From contig NC_057711.1 in NCBI RefSeq assembly GCF_004010195.1, forward strand, positions 49,107,847 to 49,171,846: 64,000 nt of DNA, given 5' to 3'. The DNA comes from Chiloscyllium plagiosum (lineage: Eukaryota). A model generated the notes under the pieces. The model worked only from the letters and a program-made list of their open reading frames with translations, ran no database searches and was not told where the DNA came from. The position numbers were made by a program, and so were the translations under genes. Below, one piece after another: positions 1-11,479 of this stretch; within the stretch, counting starts at the first letter, position 1; each line of letters begins with the position of its first letter.

Positions 1-1000
1 AATAAAAGGAAGAGCCCCAGACTCATCCATACGAACAACTCAAAACACACCTCTGAGTAGGAGCAGTCATGGGCTTCCGTGTATTCATTGTCAAGGCCTT
101 CGTCTTCACTGTCCTCCAGTGCGGAGACATAATCTATCTAGATTAGGTTTGGGGTCACATTCTGGTGAGAATAGCACTGGCACAGGCATGTAACTAGAGG
201 AAGAAAATACAGTTGAGATCTTAGATGTTTGGGAGATTGCTGAAGAACAGGACTGTACTGAACCCAGTACAGTTGATGAGCCTCTGGACTTGGCCAATGT
301 TGAACCAATGGCGATATAAAGATGTGCAGGCAAATAACATAGGTCCCAGAGATCTCATTGAGGGTGAGCTGCTGGAAAAGCGCAGCAGGACAGGCAGCAT
401 TCATGAAGCAGGAAAATTGACATTGCAGGCAAAAGTGTTGATTTTCCTGCTTCTCGAATGCTGCCTGACCTTCTGTGCTTTTCCAGTACCTCACTCTCGA
501 CTCTAAATCTCCAGCATCTGCAGTCCTCACGTTTTCCCAGAGATTTCATGCAGACTGTATTGAATGTCACAGGAGTCTATCTAAGCTTTGTCTGACATCA
601 TGACTCTAACATGCCAGCAAGTGGCTACCTCCATCAATTGGCTGGCAGCTGCTATGGAAAGCTAGGCAACTGGAGGACAAAGGACCTCAACCTCCAGCAG
701 GGTGCCCAATTCCCTCAAGATGCAAAGGAGATGCCATTCTGCACCATTAAGTGGGAAGAGTGACAGCCTGGCACTCAGAGATTGTTATCGTAGGACACTC
801 CAGAATTGCCCTGCCTGTCATGTCTCCTCTACTAGGAGCCCAAAGGCCTCCATCAAATCAGGATGCGGATGCCGCATCTGCATTTGTACGGAAGTCCTCT
901 ATCAGCCCTCTGAGTCCCAGATGACTAGAGGATGTCTCCAAACCCATCTAAGGTAAACTGACAAAACAGATTTGCTCAACTTCAACTGCAGCTGCCAAGG
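1..1000 (+). mobile_element. Decayed 3' part of a Harbinger accessory (Myb/SANT-protein) gene region
   Basis: Relatively GC-rich, low-complexity coding-like remnant (e.g. ...TEPSTVDEPLDLA...). It faces the Harbinger transposase remnant at 2270-2845. No diagnostic domain lies in this stretch, so the assignment is by context. Confidence 0.4.
359..534 (+). mobile_element. Short fold-back insertion of a PLE terminal repeat (family A), old copy
   Basis: Inverted arms gctggaaaagcgcagcagg... / ...ccttctgtgcttttccagt plus the family tail tctccagcatctgcagtcctcac. TSD tcccagagat(c/t)tcat at 344-358 and 535-549. Confidence 0.85.
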
Positions 1001-1602
1001 TGACACCATGACATAGTGAATGGAAAATCTTAAGGAACATTGAACCGGATATCAGCTTTCTATTCAATGTGGCAAATGACACAAATAAAGAACTATTAAA
1101 ACAGTCCTGAGGTCTGTTTGAATCTTTTAAGATATCTATTTGGGGGTTAATTGTTATTCAGTTTATGCTGATTACTCAAGTGGACCATGTGCACATCAAT
1201 GCATTCTGAGGCTGCAATTTATTTCTGAAGGAATATAAATATTGCAAAAAATATTTTTGTTAGATGGTTGGGTTTTGGAAGTCAGGCAGCATTGGTGAAC
1301 CCATATAGATCTCAATGATAGATGAATGTCCCTTTGAAACAAAGTTTGAGTTATATAAATGCAGCCATCATGTAGACCCTGAATAACTCCATGCTAATAT
1401 GGTATTCTGACCAGAAAACAGAACACTAAATTATTGGTGTAAAGAGAACATGGTAACTTAACAATGTATGCTAAACAATGTAGCTTAATGTTTTAAAGCT
1501 CTGAACAAAGTATTCAATTGAGGACAGGAAAGCCTGTGTGCCATAATTTGCACATATTTCTGACTGTTCAAATAAGCCAATGCAAAGTCTTTTACGATTA
1601 AT

Positions 1603-2238
1603 TCATAGAGTCAGAGAGTCATAGAGATGTACAGCATGGAAACAGACCCTTCGGTCCAACCTGTCTATGCCGACCAGATATCCCAACCCAATCTAGACCC
1701 ACCTGCCCACACCCGGCTCATATCCCTCCAAACCCTTCCCATCCAAATGCCTCTTAAATGTTGCAGCTTGTTCAGCCTCTCCCTGTAGCTCAGATCCTCC
1801 AACCCTGGCAACATCCTTGTAAATATTTTCTGAACCCTTTCAAGTTTCATAACATCTTTCTCATAGGAAGGAGACCAGAATTGCCCGCAATATTCCAACA
1901 GTGGCCTAACCAATGTCCTGTACAGCTGCAACATGACATCCCAATTCCTGTACTCAATACTCTGACTAATAAAGGAAAGCATACCAAACACCTTTTTCAC
2001 TATCCCATCTACCTTTGACTCCACTTTCAAGGAGCTATGAACCCGCACTCCAAGGTCTCTTTGTTCAGCAACACTCCCTTCGGATCTTACCATTAAGTGT
2101 ATAAATCCTGCTAAGATTTGCTTTCCCAAAATGCAGCACTTCGCATTTATCTGAATTAAACTCCATCTGCCACTTCTTAGCCCATTGGCCCATCTGGTCC
2201 AGATCCTGTTGTAATCTGAGGTAACTCTCTTCGCTGTC
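1603..2238 (-). mobile_element. CR1 LINE 3' fragment with internal deletions
   Basis: ORFs encode CR1 RT C-terminal motifs (WQMEFNSDKCEVLHFG, LYRTLVRPLLEYC.QFWSP); tail (tcatagag)n. Confidence 0.93.
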
Positions 2239-2269
2239 AGGTTTGCTTGTGCATGTGTGCCTTGTCTCA

Positions 2270-2845
2270 GTATGCCACTGGTCCATCCTCAACCTCATCA
2301 TTGACTCCCTGAGCATCTCCCTTAATCTCTACTTCATGTTTATTCAATGACACGGTTCATCGCCTCCTCTTCTAGGTTCTCAGTCCATTGCTGAGCTAGG
2401 CTATGCAGGCTAAAATGATCACTATTTTGAAAACTCTATCTGGCAAATACTAGAGTACTTCTCTTGGTTCATCTGAGAAACAGAGTCACATCTTCAGAAG
2501 ACTACTTATCTGTTCAATCATGGTCTTAATGGATACATAGGCAACATTGCAATGTTGTTTGGCAGCAGTCTGAGAGTTGTGTACTCAGTTAGTTAGCCAT
2601 GCCTTCTGGAGGTATCCTTTATCACCAATGAGCCAGATAAGGAGATGATGTAGGGAGTGAAAAAAAAATTGTTGATGCTGGGACTTGTGCTGAATTTAAA
2701 CAACATGAGAATTCTCTGGTTCACAGGGGCTTACTTGCAGAAATTGTTGCCTGTGGTCACAAATGAGTTGGACATTGAGGGAGGGAAATTCCTTCATGGG
2801 ATAGTGTCAGTCATCAGGGTCAGAAGCTGCTGGTGTATGTTTTTA
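2270..2845 (-). mobile_element. Decayed PIF/Harbinger (HARBI1-like) DDE transposase, C-terminal half
   Basis: Minus-strand translation gives SLNVQLICDH (2753-2782), WLIGDKGYLQKAWL (GDKGY at 2612-2626) and IEQISSLLKM, matching HARBI1-type motifs (SLNVQ.VCD, LGD.GY, IE..FG.LK). Several stop codons. Confidence 0.8.
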
Positions 2846-2849
2846 TGAA

Positions 2850-3262
2850 AGAGAAAGATGTTGCCCATGCTATGGTGACCAATGATGAAACACTGTCACA
2901 AGAAGTGATTAAAATTGAGAAGGAAGAAGTCTTGGATAGATTTTTGTAATTCAAGTTGACAAGGTACCCGGATGCATCGAAGGATATTGAAGGAAGTGAG
3001 AGCAGAAATAACAGAGGTGCTGGCCATAATCTTTAGATCTTCCTCGGACTTTGGGTTGATGCTGGAAGAGTGGAGAATTGCCAACATTATGTTTGTAAAG
3101 AAAATCCTAGAATTATAGGCCAGTTAGTTTAATTTTGGTAGCAGACAAACCGTTGGAAAAACATTATTTGGGGTAGAATCAGTAGTCACATGGAAAAGGG
3201 TGAATTGATTCTGGAAAGTCAGCGCAGATTTTTAAAGGAGAAATATAATGGTTTATTTGAAA
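2850..3262 (+). mobile_element. CR1 LINE internal ORF2 fragment
   Basis: Translates RILKEVRAEITEVLAIIFRSS..G...EEWRIANI...NYRPVSL, typical CR1 RT N-terminal region. Confidence 0.85.
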
Positions 3263-3564
3263 GTCAGTCAGACCCCTATCACTACAAATAGAAGGCAAAA
3301 TAAAAAAAAATGAATTATCTGTGATTCACCAGCATTGAGATTCATGATTTTGCCATGATATTGCCAAACTATCAGTAAGGCTGTGTTGGTTATGATTCCC
3401 AAGTGGAGTAGGATGTCCTTTGGTTTCTATCATTGCTATTGAACTTGTTTACAGTTTCTTTAGAAATAACAATCAGTATGAAATATTCATGAATGTATCT
3501 TTGTTAATGAGTGACAATTGTAATGTTCACACTATTATGGCAAGTCTGAGGGGATTGGTTTACT

Positions 3565-3882
3565 GGGCAGGTCGGTGGCTCAGTGGTTAGCATTGCTGCC
3601 TCACAGCGCCAGGGACCTGAGTTCAATCCCAGCCTTGGATTAGCCTTGCACATTCTCTCTGTGTCTATGTGGGTTTCCTGCTGATGCTCTGGTAAGCTTC
3701 CACAGTCCAAAGATGTGCAGGTTAGGTGAATTGGCCATGCTAAATTGCCCATAGCTTTCAAGGATCTGTAGCTTAGGTGCATTAGTGAGGGGTAAATGTA
3801 GAGGGATGGGTCTGGGGGGGTTACTCTTCAGAGGGTCAGTGTGGACTTGAAGGGCCTGTTTCCACACAGTAAGGATTCTATT
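3565..3882 (+). mobile_element. HE1-type tRNA-derived V-SINE
   Basis: A-box tggctcagtgg, B-box gagttcaatcc, V-domain cacagtccaaagatgtgcaggttaggtgaattggccatgctaaattgccc, CR1-like tail gggcctgtttccacac. Confidence 0.92.
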
Positions 3883-3904
3883 ATTAGTGGTACAAGAGCA
3901 ATAA

Positions 3905-4585
3905 AAGGACCAAGTAATCGCATAAACACAATGGTTTCAAGAACAGGTCAAAGGCTAGGAATACCGATGTTAATAACTCACTTCCTGACTCTCCAGGGCC
4001 TGTCCACCATTTACAAAACACAATTTAGGAGTGTGATGGAATACTCCCCATTTTCCTGGATGGGTGTAGCTCCAACAACTCTCAAAAAGCTTGACACCAT
4101 CCGGAACAAAGCAGCCTGCTTGATAGGCACCACATCCATAAGTATCCTTTCCCTTCACCACTGATGCTCAGCGATGGCTGTGTGTACAAGATGCACTCCA
4201 GAAATTCACCAAAGACCTTTAAACAGTACCTTCCCAATCCACAAACACTTCTATCTAGATGGATAAAGGCAGGAGATACATGGGAACACTGCCACAGGTT
4301 TGACCACCTGTTCATCTATACCCTAGTGTTGTGTGATTTTTAACTTTGTAAACCCCAGTCCAACACCGGCATCTCCAAATCATGACTTGGAAATATATGA
4401 CTGTTCCTTCACTGTCATTGGATCAAAATACTGGAATTCTCTCCCTCAGGGTATCATGGATCAACCACATGAAATGCAGCGGTTCAAGAAGGCAGCTCAC
4501 TATCACCTTTTCAAGGGCAACTAGAGATGGGCAATAAATGCTGGTCAGCCAGCGATGCTAATGTCCTGTGAGTGAATTTTAAAAA
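3905..4585 (+). mobile_element. LINE family B (CR1/L2 group) 3' fragment
   Basis: GLSTIYKTQFRSVMEYSP..WM..APTTLKKLDTI.NKAACLIG; 3' end ttcaagaaggcagctcac...gggcaataaatgctgg. Contains a small PLE family C fragment at ~4293-4385. Confidence 0.85.
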
Positions 4586-4900
4586 GTATATAATAAATTC
4601 TTGCTATGTTAATATAGTCGCCTAAAAATGAAAGAAAAGATATTTGTAACACTGAAGGTTTATTTTAATTGGCTGTTAAGTACAATAATGAAGTTTGTCT
4701 AATTATTTATTTGATATGAACTGTTCTTTAATTGCAGCACAATTCAGGATAACTAGTGATGAGAAGATGACTTACTGGCTCATTATCTTTTAAAAGGACT
4801 AATTGTGTCTATAATTAACTAAAACCTGTGGTACATCTATGTGCTTATAATTACAGATGTCTGTATGTGATGGATGAAAACCTGTACTATCTATAATCAC

Positions 4901-4914
4901 ATTGCCATGGCAAC
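4901..4914. promoter_or_regulatory. RFX X-box-like palindrome
   Basis: attgccatggcaac, 13/14 match to GTTGCCATGGCAAC, in unique sequence. Confidence 0.4.
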
Positions 4915-6079
4915 AATGTATTCTATTTGATGGCACTATGAATTTGAACTGTCCTTTTTCTCATGTGTCTAAGTACTTCAACATCTCTCTGAACTGCTCT
5001 GTTAAACCATGAATATTCTTCATGTATTAGATAAACTTATCTATGCAGCATCTCTTCCCCATGGTCAGATCAGCTCCATCTCCAAACACATGTATGTGTG
5101 TTCTGACATACCCTGAAGTCAGATATCAACACCTTTTCACTCAGAGATGGCAGCAGGGAACAAAAAGAGTGAATGTAAGAAAGCTTTGGGACTGGGTCAC
5201 TGTGCTGGCCTTGTAGCTAGCCAGACAAGCGTACCAACTGTGATTAAAAACACAGTCTACACATCTCTCAGACAGTGGATGCCCCAGGGCTATCCCAGAA
5301 GACTATGTGCACAATGCATTTGAGTCACCAAGGTGGCAATTGAACCTCTTCACAGTTCTGAACTGTGAATGTATGCAATGAGAACATTAAGAGGTGAAAT
5401 GTCAAGGTTACCTCCTTTTGCCTGCACGAGACTGAAGTTTGTGAAAGAGGCTGCTGCCGATGTCATCAAGCAGTGCATACACCAAGCAGATATTTCTGAG
5501 TATATTTTCCATTCTTAATCAGTTTTTATGCTGATTTGATGTTTTTGTTGAAATCACCATTTGAAAATTAAATCACATTGTTCCTTAATTGTAGCAGAAT
5601 TGGTATGCATGAATGTTAATAATTGCAATTACATTTTTATAATAAAGGAACATTCCATTTTCACAATGTCATAGAATCATCTTCCCTTTTAGCCAGTGAA
5701 TCTCATAAATGAAATTAAGTCTTTACAATTCAGAAGTTAAATCTTTGCTATATTCTGTACTTAACAGGACTATATGTCTCTTCAACTAACAATTACACTA
5801 TCTGCAGAAATTTGCAAGCAAACTTCCAACAGAATCATTATGACTGCATTGACAAGTGGTTTAATAGAAGTAAAACACACAGTCCCATGGATTAGCTACC
5901 TGTCGGACTGTAATTGCAATTTTATGAAACTTAACAATTCCAGATAATTTAATTGCTGAAAAAAGACACATTTTATCTAAACTTTTGGTCTTACGCTCAT
6001 CAAGACGATTGACGAGAAATGCCAAATTAAAGAGTCAAGGTCAGAAAATATGCTCTTTCTGTTGAATGTGGGAGATTAG

Positions 6080-6300
6080 GGAGAGTTTCCACGTTACTGC
6101 AGTAAGTGTGTTTACCAGAGGAAGTGGTGGAGGATGATACGATTACAACAATTAAAAGGCATCTGAATGGGTATAAGAAGGGTTAGTATGATTATAGGCC
6201 AAATGCTGGCAAATGGGACTAGATTAATTTAGGATATCTGATTGATGTGGACAAGTTGAACCGAAGGATCTGTTTCCATGCTGTACATCTCTATGACTCT
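6080..6300 (+). mobile_element. CR1 LINE 3' end
   Basis: ccagaggaagtggtggagg...ggcaaatgggactagattaat...tgtttccatgctgtacatctctatgactct; same tail as the 20561-21463 copy. Confidence 0.85.
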
Positions 6301-6502
6301 AAGTTTACAACACCCGGTTATAGTCCAAAAGGTTTATTTGAAATGACAGGCTTTCGAAGCATACTCCTTTGTTCAGTGAAGTTCAGGTGATGGAGCAGCG
6401 CTCCAAAAACTTGTGATTTCATGCAAACCTGTTGGATTATAACCTGATGTCATGTGACTTCTGACCTTGTCTACCCCAGTCCAACACCAGAACATCCACA
6501 TC
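6301..6502 (+). mobile_element. Fold-back PLE terminal-repeat insertion (family C), decayed
   Basis: Inverted arms (ggttatagtccaaaaggtttatttgaaat / atttcatgcaaacctgttggattataacc), helix ggagc-agc-gctcc, and an unpaired tail ccccagtccaacacc also seen at ~4353-4385. Confidence 0.65.
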
Positions 6503-6785
6503 GAATTAAAGGAAAAATGCAATTTATGCTGCGTAAAAGGAATGTGCTGTTGGTTGGCAAGTAGACTTTGTATGACTGAACAATTGCTGAGGAGAATTAC
6601 TCCTCAGTTTAAATGTTGTTTTCCTTTTGGTGTTTCTTGTGAATTCTCCTCATTGTGCAAGATGGCCAACTTCAACACAATCCATCCTTTGTCAAAAGAA
6701 AACTCTCAAATAATTCAGCTGAGAACAGTTTCATTTTACATAACTTATCATTAGTATTTGTCCTACTATATCCTGTATACATTTA

Positions 6786-6996
6786 CAGGGGGTCTCCAAT
6801 TTGTGAACATCTGACTTACAAATGCTTGCACTTACAAATGCAATCCCATGCAAGGGTGTAATTTTAAAGACTTAATTCAAACATTTCCTTTACCTACAAA
6901 CAACTGCTTTTATATTATACTGCATTTCGATTTGTGCACAAACAGACTTGCAAGTGGACTTAGGAATAGCATTGTTCGCAACACAGGGACTGTCTG
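6786..6996. mobile_element. Tigger/pogo-like MITE, old
   Basis: TA|cagg...tctg|TA ends with degenerate TIRs (gtctcc..ttgtgaac / gttcgcaa..gggac) and internal acttacaaatgc repeats. Confidence 0.55.
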
Positions 6997-7405
6997 TAGC
7001 TAACATTATCATTATTTCGAACACCTGAAAAAAACAATGCAATAAACAAGAAAATATTCTCTAATATACAATTTAATTTTCCTAGCCATACAAATTATAC
7101 ATTTAGCTTCAATTGATTGAAATTCCAAAGACATACTTGACACCTGCATTATATTAAAGTTCGGATTGGTTTAACACTTCATTTTAAAATGCCTTAAACA
7201 TTCCTCTATGGAACCTGTCATGTGAAAATGCTCAGTCTTCCTTGTTGAATTCATTTTTTTGTACAATCATGTTCTTTTTTACCTTCACGGTTAATTAGGC
7301 CATTCACATTTTTGTTTTGTTTTGTGATGTTACTAATCCCAATGCATTCAAATTACTGGCTTTTTTTTACATTCATTCAGGGAATGTAGGATTCACTGGC
7401 GAGGC

Positions 7406-8220
7406 CCCACCACAGAACACACCAGATGGCCTCCTTCTTTAGAGACCGCAATTTCCCTTCCCACGTGGTTAAAGATGGCCTCCAATGCATCTCGTCTACA
7501 TCCCGCACCTCCGCCCTCAGACCCCACCCCTCCAACCCGTAACAAGGACAGAACGCCCCTGATGCTCACCTTCCACTCTACCAACCTTCGCATAAACCAA
7601 ATCATCCACCGACATTTCCGCCACCTCCAAACAGACCCCACCACCAGGGATATATTTCCCTCCCCACCCCTTTTCACCTTCCGCAAAGACCTGGGGAAGA
7701 CAGTGTATTATATCCAGTAAATGTGAAATACTTTAGAAGCAGTATTTTCCTCAACATCAAGATACAGTTTTATATTCAGTTGATGGAAGAGCCCTCTATT
7801 CCAACCCTTATAACCCCTCATACAGCCACCTTATGCTCATCCTACATTCACAGTCATAACTGCTTATGGCCCATCATTCCTCTCATGACCCCGACTCCCC
7901 TGACCATTACCCTGGGTCCCCTGACCATTACCCCGGGTCCCCATGACTTGTCCGGACTTGTCCGACCTGCCTATCTCCTTTTCCACCTATCCACTCCACC
8001 CTCTCCTCCCTGACCTATCACCTTCATCCCCTCCCCCACTCACCCAATTGTACTCTATGCTACTTTCTCCCCACCCCCACCCTCCTCCAGCTTATCTCTT
8101 CACGCTTCAGGTTCACTGCCTTTATTCCTGATGAAGGGCTTTTGCCCGAAATGTCGATTTTGAAGCTCTTTGGATGCTGCCTGAACTGCTGTGCTCTTCC
8201 AGCACCACTAACCCAGAATC
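7406..8220 (+). mobile_element. Composite Penelope-like insertion: ORF piece (7406-7691), unrelated filler, then 3' terminal repeat
   Basis: MASFFRDRNFPSHVV...NKDRTPLMLTFH...IIHRHFRHLQTDPTTRDIFPSPP is a PLE thumb/linker region. 7940-8220 resembles the 3' end at 30370-30620. It interrupts a minus-strand LINE B tail. Confidence 0.85.
8128..8155 (+). ncRNA. Minimal hammerhead ribozyme core
   Basis: CUGAUGA-A-GGGC-UUUU-GCCC-GAAA-UGUC. Confidence 0.65.
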
Positions 8221-9560
8221 AATATTTATTGTCTATCTTTAATTATCTGTGAGAAAATGATGCTGAGCTGTCTATTTTGATCAGTTGGTGTAGGTACAGT
8301 GCTGGGGTCACAGTGTTGTTAGGAAGTGAGTTCCAGGATTTTGACTCAGTGACAGTGAAAGAACTACAATATATATCCAAGTCAGGATGATGTGCAGTTT
8401 CCAAAGGAACTTGCAGATGGTGATGTTCCTGTGTATTTACTGCACTTCTACTTCTGATGATATTGGTTGTGGGTTTGGAATGTGCTGTCAAAGGAGACTT
8501 GGTGAATTTCTGCAGTGCATCTTGTAAATGGTAGATACTGCTGTGACTGAGCAATGGATGTTTTTTGGGTATGTTGCCAAGCAAGTGGGCTGTTTGGTCC
8601 CAAATAGTGTAAGTCATATTAACGATTGTTGGAACTGTAGTCATCCAGGCAAGCTGGGGATATTTCATTACGGTCCTAACATGTGTTTTGTAGCTGGTGG
8701 ACAAGCTTAGCGAGTCAGAATGTGAGTCACTCATTGCAGATTCTTAGCCTCTGATCTATTTTGTAGCCACATATTTACATGGCTACTCCAATTCAGTATC
8801 TGGTCAATGGTAACCCTCAGGATGTTGATAGTGGGGGATTCAACAATGATCAAGTCTCAATGTCATGTGATGATGGTTAGTTTCTTTAGTCAGTGGAGAT
8901 GGTCATTGCTTGGCACTTGTGTGTAATAAGTATTTGTTTGCCACTTGTCAGCCCAATCCCAATATTGTTCAAGTCTTGCTGCAATTAATTCGAACTTCAA
9001 TGTCTGAGATATCATGACTGGTATTGAACATTGTGCAATCATCAGCAAATATCCCACTTCTAACCTTATGATGGAGGAAATGTCATTGGTGAAGCAGCCG
9101 AAGATATTTGGGTCTGGGACACCACCCTGAGGAATTCCTGCAAGATGTCCTGGATCTGAGATGACTGATCTCCAACACCACCAACTCGCTTTCTTTGTGC
9201 CCGGTATGGTTCCAACCAATGGAGCATTTTACTTTGATTTCCATTGACTAAAGGTTTTGCTCAAAACACTCAGTCAAATGCAGTTTTGATGTCAAGTGCA
9301 GTTACATCACTTCACTTCTAGTGTATTTTTTTTTGTCCATACTTGAACCAATGTGCTAATACAAACCAAACATTAGCATCAGTGAGCAAGTTATTGCTAA
9401 ACCAATGCTGCTGGATAGCAATATTGATGGCCCCTTCCATCAATTCAATAATGATCGAGTTTAGACTGATGGGACAGTAATTGACTGGGTGGATTTGTCC
9501 TGATTTTGTGTACTGGATATACCTGGGCTATTTCCACATTGTTAGATGCCTGCCAGTCTG
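8221..9560 (-). mobile_element. LINE family B (CR1/L2 group), decayed; its extreme 3' end lies at ~7370-7405
   Basis: Minus-strand motifs GIPQGGVPDP.IF.CF.ND and LSTSYKTHVRTVMKY; homologous to 3905-4585 and 21464-23870. Confidence 0.85.
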
Positions 9561-10924
9561 AATAGTTTATATTGACTGTGTATTGGAGGAATGTATGTAT
9601 TAACGTTTATTCAATTAGAGTTCTAAGCTCTATTCCAGTTGGAATTAGTTGAAGTAGGATGTGTTTGTCTGTGCCTTAATATCTGAAAAAAAGACCTTAA
9701 ATCTGAGGAGGAGAAAAATGGGTCTTTATTCATTCAAATGTTATCACCCAATAATATTTTCTCATTCTTCAGTGCTAACAGATTGTGCTGAAGTGACTGC
9801 TGTAAACTTACATGCTTCTATGTGCATGTTAATGTACTAGTATTTTGATTGAAAATGACACTGTGAACTTAATGCTTAATTCTTATTAGACATAGATGAA
9901 CATTCATGTTTTTTCTGCTGACAGTAACCATTTGTGACTGGTTTTCCCAGGGTATTTGTCGATGTAACTGAGCTCCAGTATGTGATTCCTCAATGTTTTG
10001 TAATGGGATGTGCATAGAATGGAGCTGTAACATCTAACTCCAAGAATCATTCAAACAGATGTTCCGACGACAATTTTTCAATCCATTAACATGTATTTGG
10101 TGCATTGTGCTAGTATTGGTGCTAAATTCTCCAATGAAGCACAATACTTTAAGTCAAATTTCCATCTTTTTCTTGATATCCGTCTCTATTTTCACTTTCA
10201 ATTATAAATTTATTTACTCCACTCTTTTTATTTAAAAAATGCTAACAATTTGAAGTTCCAATAGACATCAGTGTGAAAGCATTTATTTTAATTAAATTTT
10301 CAATCAATGGAAACAATTTCATTGTTATTGGAAATCACAGATGTTTCTTGCCTTCTATCTTGGGTCTGTTTTGAGAATTTTGCAATAACTAAAATCTCAA
10401 TAATTAAAACAACTTGCCTGGAATGAAATATTGCACTTCACAGAATTGAATTCAGATTTTTTTAAAAAAGACAAGATACCATGCCAGGAAGGAGATATTA
10501 AGATTGATGACCAAAGTCTTATTCCAGCAAGTGTGGTTAATGCGATTCTTAAGGGAAAAGATAGCAGTAAACTTTCGGAAATGGACTGGAATGTGAGACC
10601 AAAACACCTGTAAACAGAAAACCAGATTTTCATGATCAAAATCAGTTGGGAATGGTGCAAGCAAAATCAGCAAAGCTAAGATCAAGCGACCAGAGCTTTG
10701 AATTTCTCCTGTAAAATGAATTCCACACAAGCTTCCCACAGGCAAGAATAGTTTTTTTGGAGTGTGACCCCATGCATGTGGCCTGTGAATTAAGTTATAA
10801 TTGACAGATCCAGGGAAATGTGTGTATTACAGTATATTCATTGTATCAGTGACTTTTGGAAGCCTATGGGAAACCTGCCAAGTAATAAAGGTCAAGGGCC
10901 TTAAGAGAAACCTGATGGGGAGGT

Positions 10925-11372
10925 AACATAGAAATATAGAAAATTGGAGCAGGAGTAGGCCATTCAGCCCTTCAAGTACATCCCAGCAGTCAATATGATC
11001 ATGGCTGATCGTCCAACTCAATATCCCGTTCCTGCTTTTATTCCATGCTATTTGATTACATTAGCCCGAGGACCTATATCTAATTCCTTCTTGAAAACAT
11101 GTAATATTTTTGCCTCAACCACTTTCTGTGGCAGAAAATTCCACAGGCTCAACACTCTAAAGTGAAGAAACTTCTCCTCATCTCAGTCCTGAATGGCCAT
11201 CCGGTATTCTTACATTATAACTCCTGGTTCTCTACTCCCCAGTCATCCAGAACATCCTTCTTACACTTCCCCTGCCTAGTCCTGTTATAATTTTATAGGT
11301 TTCTATGAGATTCCCTTTCATTCTTCTAAAGTCCAGTGAATCTTAGACGATCTAATCTCTCTTCATGCAGTA
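10925..11372 (-). mobile_element. CR1 LINE 3' fragment
   Basis: Tail catagaaatatagaaaattggagcaggagtaggccattcagccc; gaagaaacttctcctcatctcagtcct (TEMRRSFF motif on minus). Confidence 0.85.
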
Positions 11373-11479
11373 TCTGCAAGAGACGAGGAAGGATGGCATT
11401 GTGGCCAGTGGTTAGATGTTGTCTGCAATTAATGCAACTGACAATGTTGTTAATGTGAGAGTTACATTGAAGTGAAGAG

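Noticed and set aside
138-570. ORFs such as MRTADAGDLESRV... and similar ORFs at 26088, 42074-42651, 43571 and 55268-55531
   Set aside because: They are translations of the palindromic PLE terminal repeat and recur at every copy; not genes.
3565-3640. tRNA gene (A and B boxes)
   Set aside because: It is the tRNA-derived head of an HE1 SINE, continuing into the V-domain and CR1-like tail.
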